Positions 1 through 12,212 of a DNA stretch of 64,000 nt are shown here, piece by piece. The first letter of the stretch is position 1. Each line of letters starts with the position of its first letter. Where the stretch lies: assembly GCA_010093605.1 (NCBI GenBank), contig MU004202.1, positions 73,560 to 137,559 on the forward strand, in the 5' to 3' direction. The DNA comes from Lophium mytilinum (lineage: Eukaryota). Under the pieces are notes generated by a model. That model saw only the letters and a program-made list of their open reading frames with translations. It had not been told where the DNA came from and did not search any database. Made by a program: the position numbers and the translations under genes.

Positions 1-160
1 CCCTACTCGAGTCATAAGGGGGATCGAAATCAAAAGACTTTGTACATATGCCAGCCAATACCATTTTCCTTGCCGTACGCCATCCATAGTTCGAACAGTG
101 CAGATCAACGCCTGTGGATGCATTCAAACTCGTATCTCGCCATCCAGAAGAAAAAGCTTG

Positions 161-768
161 TTAAGTGCCGCTCGCCTTCTGAGCATTGAATTCGTCCCGT
201 GCGATGGTGAACTTGTCCATCACGACGTCGCAGAGGTCCGAGAGGTCGTTCAGCCCTTTTTCGAGGACATCGTAGACGCTTACTTTATCTTTCTGCAGTG
301 TTAGATGGAAGAAGAAGATGCTATGGGAAACTCAAAGGAGCTTGTACGAACCATATGTCTGGATACGGAGATGCATTTTTGCTTCTGATGGATGTGGAAT
401 AGAGTAGCCACAGAACTCGACATCGGGGCTTGGTGGTGTTAGTAGCTTCTTTGGCTTGTAGTAGGAAATGAATGGAGATAGAGCACTTACTTCTTCATGA
501 TGATATACCGCAGCGCATTGCCCAACGTGTGATCCTCGTTCTCGAATTCGAAAGAAGCTGCCTCTTCTGTTGAACCGGGAAGCTACAACGCGTCTCATCA
601 GCCAAAGTGCTCTTACATTCAAACTGCAATAGATCTTCTTCATTTGTAGTCACGTACCACCCTAACCCGCTGCTCCTCCGCCTCTTCCGGTGCTGGACTC
701 TCCACCGCGCCCTCCTCCGCCGGCGCATCTACCATAGTCGCATCGGTATCACGAGTGGCTGACGGCAT
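161..768 (-). CDS. RPC19: RNA polymerase I/III shared subunit AC19 (4 exons)
   Basis: Spliced translation MPSATRD...RVRV/LPGSTEEAASFEFENEDHTLGNALRYIIMKN/PDVEFCGYSIPHPSEAKMHLRIQTY/...VLEKGLNDLSDLCDVV. EDHTLGNAL and GYSIPHP are Rpb11/AC19 hallmarks; three GT-AG introns; TAA at 161-163. Confidence 0.95.
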
Positions 769-1013
769 TTCGAGAGAATATCGTAAGATCGTTACCCCGC
801 TATATTGTTGTACGAAGGCAGTGGTGAAATCGTGGGTAGTGGTTGTAAAATTTAGAGCTTCTTATCTAATCAGGTCCCGCGATTCATTCATTCGTCACCA
901 GTGGAAAAAGTTCCCCGCCGCCACAAAGAACCTCACCCCCATCCCATACACAACCGCAATTGCTCCTCGAACGTCTCCTAAGCCTCTCCGAATACCCTCG
1001 CGATACTGTAAAT

Positions 1014-1757
1014 ATGGCTTCCGAACGGAGAACAACGACGCTGAAGCGCGACACAAACGAAACGAAGATCTCCCTCGCGCTTTCGCTGGACGGCGGTCCC
1101 GTTCCATCGCTCGACGGGGAGGAAGAGGCGGCAAGCACAAATGGCGAGGCTAAGGGCCATGCGGCACAGGTCTCTAAGAGCCAGACGATAGATGTAGACT
1201 CCGGTATCGGCTTTCTGGACCATATGATCCATGCGCTGGCGAAGCATGCGGGATGGAGTTTGAGAATTAGGTGTCGGGGAGATTTGCACAGTACGCTTGA
1301 CAGGTTGATACTGATCATACAAAGACTCTGACATAGTACGTGTGCAGTCGACGACCACCACACAGCCGAAGACACCTTCATCGCGCTCGGCACCGCCTTC
1401 AAAACCTCCCTCGGCTCCTCTACTGGTCTCGCCCGCTTCGGTAGCGCGTACTGTCCGCTTGACGAAGCCCTTTCTCGCGCCGTTATTGATCTATCGAATC
1501 GCCCATACTCCGTAATAGATCTTGGCTTGAAGAGGGAAAAGATTGGGGATCTGAGCTGCGAGATGATACCACATTGCCTTCAGAGCTTTGCGCAGGCGGC
1601 GGGGGTTACGCTGCATGTGGATTGCTTGAGGGGGGATAATGATCATCATCGCGCGGAAAGTGCGTTCAAGGCCCTGGCTGTTGCAACGAGGATGGCCACG
1701 ACGAGGGTCGTGGGGCGAGAGGGGGAGGTGATGAGTACAAAAGGGGTGCTATATTGA
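1014..1757 (+). CDS. HIS3: Imidazoleglycerol-phosphate dehydratase (1 intron, 1291-1347)
   Basis: [17 protein letters not shown], spliced [27 protein letters not shown] and [14 protein letters not shown] motifs. Divergent from RPC19 across 245 bp. Confidence 0.97.
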
Positions 1758-2203
1758 TTGGAGATGGATTGGGGGATTCTCTATATGAAAAGGGCGTTAT
1801 GACAGGTACTTCTTGGTTACCGGCATTGCAGAAAAAGGATGGGTGGATCTGGGCCGGGTATGCACATAGCGGGATTGTAGATAGGCGGATTTAAGAACTG
1901 ATATACCAACTTTGGTCATAGAGTCAAAGAATTGACGAACTCCAGACGATATCAACCTAAGATCACAGGAAATAGAAACACGACTCAATTCATGCGATTA
2001 ATATCTGGAAGACACTGTCAATACTCGAGCAGGCATCTGTTAGAAATCACGGCTAAGTAGAACAAGGTGCTGTGTAAAGCTTCTTGAGAAAGAAAACTGT
2101 AAGTCAAGACTAATTTTAATAGGAGAAAATTTGCTGCTGACTAGGAGGCAGCGTAGCATCGCAGAAAAATCCTGCGCCGAGCAATGACTACTCTCAACGT
2201 CCA

Positions 2204-5089
2204 CTATCGGGCAAGCTGCCTGTATCCCCTTGCCCTTCGTCCTAAGCAGCTCATGCACTTCCAAGATCTCTCTCGTCTTCTTTCTAATTCCTCGTCGTCT
2301 ATTTCGATCAAGCGGTTTACGTGCTGCTCTGGCAATGCCATTCTGAGCAGATGTAGCGGCACCACATCGCTAGCTTGCGAATCCCTTCCCAGATCAACTC
2401 TGCACTCGGCCCTTAAGTTTGCGCCATGGCGTAAGAATGCCTCGACTACCACGATCACATTTCTGCATTTGTCTGCTTTGACAAAGCATGGGTCGTATTT
2501 TCTCCCACGACCGAAGAATCGTAAAAGATGCTCCCACGGAGTTCGTCCCAGGTATCGCTCGTTCGGGTCCGCGCCATACTTCAGTAGCGTACGACAGCTA
2601 GATACGAATTCAATGCTACCGACGTAAGACGACGCAGCTATGTGCAAGAGTGGAGGAGCTCCATGCAAGCTGTGGACTAGCTTTGGGTCTTTTTCCAGCA
2701 TCGCTTCGATATATCGGATGTTTGGAACCTCGACTGTCTGGTGCAAGATTGTGATTCTGCATGGAGGAATGGATTGCCCAAAATCGCACATGTAAAAGAG
2801 AACATTGCAGCTAGAGGCAAGGCCAAGAGCATGCTTCGTGTGTTGCTCAGCCACGACTTCCAGGTCCGCCAGAAGAGATATCTCTTGATCTATGGTAATG
2901 TCCGGGGCTTCTAGGCACAAACACCATATGATATCTTTCATAGAGACTCCGCATTCCATCGTTTTTAGATGACTAGTAAGACCAGACGCATGACCAGACA
3001 CGTCTTCAAAATTCCATGGAAGTACTTTCAACATGGCAAGATACCCTTGTCGGATGAACCAACCCGGATTGAACTCCGGCTTTGCCCAAGTGACGAGGCG
3101 ATCACGGACTCTTGTTTTGGCCAGAAACTCTTTAGTTGAACGATGTAAGAATGACACATAGCACGGCTTACTGATGACGGCCTGAGCCCATTCTTCCTCC
3201 TTGAGGTTGGAAGGTATCGGGTGGGCCTCAATTAGTCCCCTAGAGACTGAGTTCACTCGTCTTGATGTCTCCTCATAGCGAGCCCGGAGGAGCTTTCTTT
3301 CCAGAGGCCTTGTAGATAAATCGATGCCATAGTCAAGCTCCTTTTGGTCAACATAATAGAACAACATCGTTGGGAGGTATTCATCAAATGGGCGAAAAGT
3401 TCCCATCGCGACCAGAAGGATGCGGGCTAAGTATTGCTGAAGCATCGGTGGCGTTGTAGTCAATATACGATCATATAGGTCTTCCAAGTCGCCCGGAATG
3501 TCGTGGAGAGCTGATCTCAGATCATCTATGCGAGCGCCGATGGAGATACCCTCCAGAAGCAACCGCACTACCAACGTAACCCAGAGGAACACTCCTCTGG
3601 CTTCCTTCACTACGTCCGACACAAGGCTCTGATACTCGACTTCTTCAAACATTTCGCCAAATGTAGCGTTGCGTATCAAGGTATCTTTCACGAAGACTTT
3701 GATATCGTTCACTGTGTGCTCATGAAGTTCGACTTTCCATCTCTCGTTCGTTTGGAAGATTGTGGTCAACGGACCCAGAGGTCGACTTGAAATGCACAAT
3801 TTGACGTTTGGCGGCTTTGCAAGATCCAGGATAGTTTCAACTATCTCGTAACCAATACCCTCGTATTCGTCGAGGGCATCGATGAAAAAGAAGAAATTTG
3901 AGTCGATACTTCCAAGTCTTTCAATGATCGAGGTGAGCAAGCGTTGAAGTTCTGGCTCTTCCCATTCGGCGGCGTGATACATCCTTCCAAGTTGAGCTTC
4001 CCTTTTCAATTCAGTCACTTTCGTGTCGCAAACATCTTCTATCATTTCCGGATGTCTTCGAAGCACTTGATAAATAATGGCACGCAGCAGCCCTTTCTTC
4101 GATCTTTCCAAGGAGGAACCAGCGGCCCAGAAGAAGTAATTCGCTTTCACCAGCCTTTTTCCCTTTGCCCATTTACACAGTATCTTATCGACGTCAGGAT
4201 TTTGCCATATGTACTTCATCAAAGTACTTTTACCACTGCCGGGCTTCCCTGCTACCCAGAATATCTTACTCCCTGGCTGATCAGCCTCGAGCCACTCTCG
4301 GAAATGAACTTCTGATCTGCTATTCTCTTGATTCTTGTCTTCCGGGCTGAGTATCCACTTGAAGGTATCCGTATGCGATCCTTTCACCGCTCTAAGTCTC
4401 TGCTCCATCTGGTTGAATTTCAATGAGTTGAGAATCCAGTGTTCAGCTTCTCGTCTCAGATGCAATTCCTCTTTTTCTCTCGCTAGTACGGCAAATTGAA
4501 GTAACGTCCTGTTGTCACTTCGATTGCTCTCAAGCTGAAACTTGAGCTCGTTCAACGTCTTTTGCATCTCAAATCTTAATCGCTTGGATTCTTCCGAATG
4601 AATCTGATTATATTCTTGACTGTCCCGATTGGTATTCTGAACCTCATGAGTGAGACTCTTGATGGCTAGCTGAAAGTTGATTGTATTCTGACCAGTTATC
4701 GCCCCACGTAGAGAATCCAGACGTTGCTGCAGCTCTTTCAATTTCTCCCTTTTCAATATCTTTTTCATAGCCACTAAGAAAGCCGCGGAGCGCGAACGAT
4801 CCTTCGTCATCTTTACCGACTTAACGGTTTCCATGCATTCATTTGTGAGCGTCTCGCATTGCGCCGCAAGCTTCAGCATGACCGAGCCAGGTTTCGAAGT
4901 CGCAGACTCAGTCGCGATCTTGTCCATAATGTCTTTGAGGCTTTCTGCTTGTGTCTCGATCTCTTCATCTTCTCTAGAGGTGCCGGAGGTCGACTGGGAT
5001 ACTTCGTTGAAAGTGGAGACGAGTTTAAGGCCACATTCAATAAATTGAATGATGCTACCGGCTAGCGAGATTGCCGTGAAAGGATCCAT
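2204..5089 (-). CDS. Fungal NLR-like NACHT NTPase with helical (SesA/HeLo-like) N-terminus and degenerate C-terminal ankyrin-like repeats
   Basis: Intronless 961-aa ORF. N-terminus MDPFTAISLAGSIIQFIECGLKL is typical of fungal STAND proteins; Walker A GKPGSGKST; Walker B FFFFIDALDE; KLCISSRP; GVFLWVTLV; LLKYGADPN and FLRHGANL ankyrin-like segments. Confidence 0.9.
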   Translation of the reverse strand: MDPFTAISLAGSIIQFIECGLKLVSTFNEVSQSTSGTSREDEEIETQAESLKDIMDKIATESATSKPGSVMLKLAAQCETLTNECMETVKSVKMTKDRSRSAAFLVAMKKILKREKLKELQQRLDSLRGAITGQNTINFQLAIKSLTHEVQNTNRDSQEYNQIHSEESKRLRFEMQKTLNELKFQLESNRSDNRTLLQFAVLAREKEELHLRREAEHWILNSLKFNQMEQRLRAVKGSHTDTFKWILSPEDKNQENSRSEVHFREWLEADQPGSKIFWVAGKPGSGKSTLMKYIWQNPDVDKILCKWAKGKRLVKANYFFWAAGSSLERSKKGLLRAIIYQVLRRHPEMIEDVCDTKVTELKREAQLGRMYHAAEWEEPELQRLLTSIIERLGSIDSNFFFFIDALDEYEGIGYEIVETILDLAKPPNVKLCISSRPLGPLTTIFQTNERWKVELHEHTVNDIKVFVKDTLIRNATFGEMFEEVEYQSLVSDVVKEARGVFLWVTLVVRLLLEGISIGARIDDLRSALHDIPGDLEDLYDRILTTTPPMLQQYLARILLVAMGTFRPFDEYLPTMLFYYVDQKELDYGIDLSTRPLERKLLRARYEETSRRVNSVSRGLIEAHPIPSNLKEEEWAQAVISKPCYVSFLHRSTKEFLAKTRVRDRLVTWAKPEFNPGWFIRQGYLAMLKVLPWNFEDVSGHASGLTSHLKTMECGVSMKDIIWCLCLEAPDITIDQEISLLADLEVVAEQHTKHALGLASSCNVLFYMCDFGQSIPPCRITILHQTVEVPNIRYIEAMLEKDPKLVHSLHGAPPLLHIAASSYVGSIEFVSSCRTLLKYGADPNERYLGRTPWEHLLRFFGRGRKYDPCFVKADKCRNVIVVVEAFLRHGANLRAECRVDLGRDSQASDVVPLHLLRMALPEQHVNRLIEIDDEELERRRERSWKCMSCLGRRARGYRQLAR

Positions 5090-5586
5090 AACGACGTCTC
5101 AGGTCCACTAGGACGAAAGACTCGCAAGATATAGATGTGAGAGTGGAGAAGATATGAGTAGAATCCAAGACGCGGGGAGAGAAGACTCCAAGCATGTGTG
5201 ACCTTTCCACCTGCACCGGTTTCTCGTGAGTACGGAACACAACCAACGAATCAGTAGTACACGACCATCTCACGACGGGAAGCTGCATTTGCCATCACAC
5301 AAGCTGATAAGCTAACCGGTTTTCTATCAATTTGAGTGCAGCAACGCGAAGGAATCATGATCAGCCAATGGAAATCTTTATCTTGATGCACTAAGTTCCC
5401 TAAAGCTGTTGGAGCCGAGTGCAATAGCTTTGAGACCGCCTGGGGGGGGCTCAGTGTCGTCAAGTGTTTGCCAAAGAGCCCCCAAACTTTTCACAATTGA
5501 AGTTCGACGACCAAAGACGGGCTGATTCAGCTACAAAAATGTATATCCAAGCATAGTTCACGTTATATGCCAGAAGTGCGTGAATA

Positions 5587-6252
5587 ATTGCACAAGGGGA
5601 GGGGTTCTAACACACCCCCTTTTCACTCTATATACACCTCCTTCTTACTCAACGCACACTACCCTTATGTCTGATCTTCTAATTAGCCTAGAGGGTCGCT
5701 CCAACGCCTCTAATTCGCTTACTCAAGTTGCTTGTAAACTATAATTACTCTCTCTAAATGCGGCGTGGCTATAAATAATTACATTCTTATCCTCTACTAT
5801 AATATACTTACTATAGACCTCCAGCGCTACTGCTAGAGGCCTATAACTTCTTAAAGCACTATAAAGAAGGCAGTATAGTAGTAGAACAGCGCTTATTCTT
5901 ATCCTTAGCCATATCCTGCCCTAAGCGTTACTGTAGGGGGCTACACTTAATGCGGAGGAGCCGTAATAAGGTAAGGTTTTGACTATTTTAGCATGCTCCT
6001 AGGCACGTAGGCATGTATGTAGCAACATAATAGCCTATATATATAGGAAACGGGAGGTATATCTAGTAAAGTAGGTATACTGCATAGCCTTACTATATAA
6101 CATGGATGCGCGTAAGAATTATACGCCGGACCAGTAACCCGAGCCCTTCGAGCCAATTAGAAGATTAGACTGAAGGGCGTGTGGATGGATCAATGAAAGG
6201 GGTGTGTTACGAGCTAAAAGGGGGTGTGTTAAAACCCCTCTCCTTGCACAAT
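5587..6252. mobile_element. Non-autonomous DNA transposon remnant (666 bp) with ~110-bp imperfect terminal inverted repeats, TA flanks and RIP-like interior
   Basis: Left end TA|attgcacaaggggaggggttctaacacacccccttt matches the reverse complement of right end aaagggggtgtgttaaaacccctctccttgcacaat|TA. Similarity continues inward (gtctgatcttctaattagcc vs gtctaatcttctaattggct). Interior is TpA-rich with no ORF. Confidence 0.85.
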
Positions 6253-6779
6253 TAGAAAACCTGAGATAAGAATCCTGTGGAAGATAGGACAAACACTTGT
6301 TTCAGACTGGTTATGAGCACGACAGGATTAAAAGCAGTACAAAATATCAGCATCTGATAAACATCAACTTCTCTTCTACTTCTCCTTCAGAATAGCGGAG
6401 TCGCAGTGCTACGGTATTTGCGCGGCCATATTAGATACCGACAAAGACATTATATAATTTTTTAGCTGTAAAGCCAAGGGTGAAGTTTCTCAGTCACGAT
6501 TTTAAACAAGACCGAAACCTGTATTGCGTGGGAAACAATGATTCAGACACCGAATAATCTAAATACAAAACTTAAAAAGAAGGAGACTGACGGTCAGTTT
6601 GGCGCGACATGAAATGTGATTTCAAGAAAAGAAAATTCCAAGTACCGGAAAATTTAAATACAAAAGTTAGGAGAAGAAAGCCTTGCCAGTCAGTCTGGTT
6701 CAACAAGAATTCAAACCCGGACAAAGAAGAATACTCGGTCCAAGTTCCGCCTGAATCTGAACTGACTGCGCAGAAAGGC

Positions 6780-7175
6780 ACCTTTGCATTCCCACACTCA
6801 ACTGCTGTAACTGTCGCTGATGACAACTTATAGTATCCTTCTTGAACACGTTCTTCATCGCCGTGATTAGCACATTCTAAAGAGTCCCCTTCCCCTGGAC
6901 TTTGAGTTTGTACAACACTAGTGTCATCTCGTCGTTCAGCCTCTTGAATTCTTTGGCGAGTTTCATTACCGCGAGAAGAAGTTTCGTAGAGTTGCTTTTG
7001 GTCGTGATTTTCGAGGTTTGCGCGGACAGGTTCGTGACGAGCGCTTCCAGTTCATCGTTCCGCCACGAAGTTCCGGAAGTAAGTCGTGCATGTCTTTGAA
7101 TATGGCCACGATTTTCATGCCGAGATCGACGAATTGGATGATGTCAGATGTGAGGCCGAGTGCTGCGAGCTCCAT
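6780..7175 (-). pseudogene. Decayed N-terminal fragment of a tandem paralog of the 2204-5089 NACHT gene
   Basis: MELAALGLTSDIIQFVDLGMKIVAIFKDMHD, frameshift near 7080, then TSGTSWRNDELEALVTNLSAQTSKI...VMKLAKEFKRLNDEM...L*NVLITAMKNVFKKD. This aligns with TSGTSREDEEIETQAESLKDIMDKI...MLKLAAQCETLTNEC...FLVAMKKILKRE. In-frame TAG near 6878; 3' limit approximate. Confidence 0.8.
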
Positions 7176-8025
7176 TTTGCTTCGGTGACGCTGGATGTTA
7201 AGTTTCAGGAGCAAGTGATGGGAGAAAGTGGGAGGGTTCGCTCAAGATGCCGTGTGCTCCCACGTAAAGAACCTAAATTAAGAGCGCACTGTTCGTATCA
7301 CCGTTTGTTTAACGATATACAGTTGTATGGGCTCATTTCAATTAGTGTGGGTAGCTGCACCTATGTGGAAACCCAGTGCTACTAAGGATTCCCCGGTTAG
7401 CCAATATTTGCACGCGTATCAGGCACGAGAACGCATGAACGGTCGCAGTGCAACCCGACTTGGGATCACGAACTTCTGGACCATTCCTCAGTAGCACTCA
7501 TACTAAACCATGGGATATTTGTCCTGTTGTGACGCACCTCCTGCATCCCTGATGAGGCTCGAACAATGATAACCCACGGTCAGTCGTTTGTGCACTCCTG
7601 CACGCCGCCGTCCGAGGTCCCTCAATGCGTTATTAGAAATCTAGATGAGATGTGAAAGTCCAGAGTGTACAAATTGAAACGGTATCAAAGCTTCTGATCG
7701 ACTGCGGTTCGGAGTGCTTCAACACCTAATTAGAAAGTAGCAAAAGGAGTCAGAACGTGGGGCAAGAGCAGGTGAAAGACACGGTTCAGCTAACGAGGAC
7801 AAGCCTCACTGCCGCATATTCGATTCTACTTACATATCCCACCGCGCCGAAACGCAGTCCGACCCGCCAAGATATGCTCCCAGTCAAGAAAGCCCGTCTT
7901 CGCGCCATAAACCGATTCGCCGCAGTCGCCGCAAACTCCCCGATAGAACCCGCTGAAAGGATTGCCAGATCAGTATACCCTGCGCACAAATACAGTTGAA
8001 TTGCTCCTGCAACTTCATCCCCACC

Positions 8026-9686
8026 TTACTTGCCGCCGTATGTAAAGTTGCCGAACGCACCACCCGGCGTCATCAGCCCCCCGTGCGGACCCGGCGTGCC
8101 AGCCAGCCCCGCGGGATTCGTCGTTGGTGTACTCGGTCCGTCGCCGCGATGTGTTCCAGGTGTGCCGCCAGTGTGGAAGCTCATCATGCCCTGTCCGTTC
8201 ATTCCTTGCTGGTATGCGGCTCCGCCTGCTGCTAGCGCCGCCGCTTGAGTTGCCGCCGATGCAGGGGGAGCGACGCCGGTGAGACCCCACATCTGCCCGT
8301 TCATGTCCTCCGGGAGGTTGCCGTCGAAAACCTTCTTGCGGAGCTCCCAGAAAACACTGCCAGTGAGCCAGGCATCGGAGCCGGCGGAGTGCTGTGTGCC
8401 TACCCTCTGGCAGCCTAGCTCGTCGGCGAGGTCTTGGAGGCCGGATTTCTGGCCGAGGTTTGTGAGGATGGTTGCTGCTTGGCTATTGATAACGCCCTTG
8501 TTGAGCATCTTGTTGGCATGGCGCCAGAGGAACTTGACATCGAGAACATTGGGGAAGAAAAGGTTGACGAGATGGCGGTAGCTGTCTTCGTCCGCGGGCA
8601 GTTGCTGACACCAGAGCATCTTGACAAGGTAGGCGAAGTCGTAGCCAGAGTGGAAAGATATCCAGTTCACGTCGGTGTCGAGGGTAAGACCAGATGTTAA
8701 CAGCAGCGAACCGAACTCCTGCGGGTCAATGCCATCCTTTGCATGCTTTTCGAAATCCGCCCCGCTCTTCTTGAGAATCTGTATAGACTCTTCATTGTAC
8801 ATGTCGTTTTCGAGTGAAAATTGGAAATTAAAGGTCCAAGTGCATGGGCACATGATGAGATTGTTTGCGTATTGTGGTCGACTAGCAGACTCGATGGCGG
8901 AGGACTCGAGCTGGTTCGGGGGTAGATCGCCGTTGACGGAGAACAGTGTTATGCCGAGTTGTATTATCTTGAGGAGGTCGACGTTGCAGCGGACCGTCTG
9001 GTAGTGATAGGATGCCTTGGTGTGAAAGTCGCCCATAGGTCGGGCGACTACACCAGGGAACTCGGTGTCCTCCAATTCAAAGGCGTTAGTATAGTGCTTG
9101 AAATTTCCACGTCCCTATCCAAAGAAAGAAGGTTAATACTCCACCTGAAATATAATGCAGAAATCGAGGCAGATTACCCAAGATGCATATTTTTAAAGCT
9201 CATTTCAAATCGCGTGCATCTTGGACTCACCATGCTGATATATGGATATCGCTCCACTAGAGCCCTCAGAATCTTCATCTCTTGCGCAAGATTCGCCTTC
9301 CACACCTCTCTTATCCGCTGGTTGATGCCCTTGCCTCCGTCCTGTGCTCTCCCCATCGCCGCCTCTTGTTGCAGCTGCGCGCCGTGCGCGAAGCCCATCT
9401 GTGCTGCATGGCTCGCCAGACCGGTCCCTCCGCCTCCTAAGCCCCCAGCTCCGCCTAGGCCACCTGCACCGAGTGCTCCTCCTAGCCCGGGATTCGCGCC
9501 GGGGAAGTTATTCTGAGTGGGTCCGAAGAGGTTGATGTTGTGAGCTTGACCAGCTGCCCCCCCAAAGCCTGGATGACCGAGATTTTGCTGGTGCTGCTGG
9601 ATATGCTGCTGCGGGTGTAGTTGGTGGTTCGAGAGGTGAGAGAACGGGTTCGCCTGGCCCTGGAAGCGCGACACGGTGGGTGGCAT
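8026..9686 (-). CDS. CAF1: CCR4-NOT deadenylase subunit Caf1/Pop2 (1 intron, 9230-9070)
   Basis: IREVWKANL...YPYISM/DTEFPGVVARP, RCNVDLLKIIQLG, WISFHSGYDF and HSAGSDAWLT DEDD nuclease motifs; Q/G-rich N-terminus. Confidence 0.96.
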
Positions 9687-10074
9687 GTTGCTATCGCGAA
9701 TGTAGCTGTGTGGTCCGTTGGAGGCTACGAGGCGCGTTCATCCGGAGTAATGAGGTGTTCGTGCTCGGTGAAATCCAGTTCAAGAATGCAGATTGCAGTG
9801 AAGGTGATTGCACTCAACGTGATGGGAGCAGACCGTGTGGTTGGTAGGTAGAACTGTGATGCTGTAGGTGGTGTTGTAGGGCTCAAAGTTCGAGGTCTGG
9901 AAGTCGCGGAATTTGCCAAGCCCGAGCTACTTGGACGACCGCAACTCCCCTCCACGACACCCTCTCACTACGCAGCCATCTAGAGGACAAGTAAGTGAAT
10001 GAGTTGGCATGGACAGAGCCGATTTTGTCTATAGCTCGTGCTGAACAGTTGCTAATCGTGCCTGCAGCTTCACA

Positions 10075-10391
10075 ATGGCTCCAAAAGGACCCTCCATCAC
10101 CGGCTTCGACCCCAAGAAGTTTGCGGCGGCTTCGGGACAGCGAGCGGGCGATCCCTGGAGCAGAGCGTATGTCTCGAGTCTATCATTCCTCCCTGCGACC
10201 TATATGCAAGCCGTGGCTGACCTTCATACAGAGAAGCATGGCGATACACCGGCCCCTTCACTCGATTCAACCGATTCAAGAGCGCTTTTCCCGGGCTTGG
10301 CATAGCTACCGTCGCATTCGCAGGATACGTGGCTGCAGAACACTTCTTCTTCAACACAGAAGAACACGGCCATGGCGAAGAGCACCATTGA
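10075..10391 (+). CDS. NDUFB3: NADH:ubiquinone oxidoreductase B12 subunit (NDUFB3-like); intron 10167-10231
   Basis: Spliced MAPKGPSITGFDPKKF...DPWSRA/EAWRYTGPFTRFNRFKSAFPGLGIATVAFAGYVAAEHFFFNTEEHGHGEEHH*. DPW-R-EAWRY and FPG motifs, single TM segment, His-rich tail. Confidence 0.9.
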
Positions 10392-12212
10392 GGGGCCCTG
10401 TGGAAGACGGACTGATTGGCGTGGACACGACATGGACGTGACGCTGGCTGTACATATTGAAGAGCATACCACGCGCCGAGATCTACGGTGTCACGAAGCG
10501 AATGGTTCCAGGCTCTGGAGCTTCTCCGATAGGGAGAGGCCTGTATCATTGAACTACGGCACTGTTTAAAATCAAAGAGATCACCACCAACCTAACCGGT
10601 CCTCAGTACGCGACGTGAATGAACGTCGCGAGACTAACGAGCTTGGGAACTATAATCCTACGACCAGCTACCTTTTAGCATACCAATCGTACGGATTCGG
10701 ATACTTCTAAGTTCTAGTTGACGAGATGGGATATTCTGAATATCGCCCGGCCCGAGCTGAGGAAGCTCCAGAGTATATACGAGATTCTACAACCGGGAGA
10801 TCTCACCGTTCAAGCAGAAATTCTGCAGTCGTGGTAAACACACAGAGACATCCCATGGGGGTGGAAAACTGCTTATCGTCGACGTAGAGAGGTCTGCACA
10901 CCACGAATTAGCGCCTTGGATATATATGCCCCGACTACTCTTCAAATCGAATATAGTGAAGCATTAGCGGGTCACAGATTGAATAAGATGTCTGGCGCCA
11001 GGTCATGCAGCTTGCGCGCCAACAACTCGCCGGATACAGGCACCGCTCAATTTAGTTTTGGCGCGTCTGCGATAGGTAGTATGTTCAATCCTTTGTCTGC
11101 GCCAGCAACCCCGACCTATGAGTACAATATCATCTAATGAAGTGGAAATAGAGTGCTCTGGACTTTTTGGAAGGGAAAAATGAGGTGAGTTTCATACTTT
11201 ACTTTTGTTGTACGCAAGCGGCTAACTGTTTATGCAAATCAAAGTTTGCCCTCTTCGATCCTCTCTCTGCTGTCCGGTCGAAAACTTACGGAGATCGCCA
11301 AGCTCATGGAGATCTAAACATAGGATAAGCTTGTTGGTGATGCGTAAGCTTCAGTCTATGCATGGACGATTCCATGTCTGACTTGAGGTACGCAACACAG
11401 CTCCGAACTACAACCGCATCTCCGAGCTTAAGATCACGTTGCTAACATCGGGAGGACCGCGCTTGTGGCGGCGCTTATGGTGGCGCTCTGTCTAGTGGTC
11501 ATCCTGAGCATTCTTCGATAGGCCATCAGTTGACGCGCAATTGAAGAGAATCTCACTTGCGACGATACCTGCGGCCATTCCATTATCGGTCTCAGGAGAC
11601 TTTGTGGGCCTAACAAGATACCGGCCGGTAATTTCGCTTATTTCGCTTGTTCTTCGATTTCATGGAGGCTGATATGTCCGCGGACTTTAGGGTCTCAACT
11701 CCGGTAGAACCGTGTTATTCTCCGTAATGCTGTGGAGTGTTGTACGAACTGTCCCTGCATCTCGCTTGCGAAGCGTTGGTAACGACGGGCCACTTCATCC
11801 TGTTTTTCTGTGTTTGTACTCTCCATTCGTTTGTCCTCGCAGGACAAACCCATGTGAGTATGGAGTACGTACGCACTAAATATGCCTCCCTGTCATCCAA
11901 AGCCAAAACCAAAACATGGTCTCCCCACGATTTACCGACCATTTCGGGTATAGCTGTGCTTATCGAAAATGGGCGGCCTGATTAGTACTGGGCCTAACAC
12001 CTACCCCCGCATCAGCATGAATATCAGCCATAAGCGCTAGCGGCTGAGTATGAAACTGTTATAGGCAGCTTGTAGCGCTTTCTAAGTGCAACCATCGCGA
12101 TCAGTACTCTTCACTTCCTCCATCAATAAACCTTGCCTTTCCTCGCAAATCTCAATCGAATATCACTCAGCCTTAATTCCGGCTTTGCTTTTTCTCAAAT
12201 ACTTCAACCAAG

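Noticed and set aside
10609..10630. Hairpin CGCGACGT-N6-ACGTCGCG downstream of the B12 gene
   Set aside because: An isolated 8-bp stem with no supporting context.
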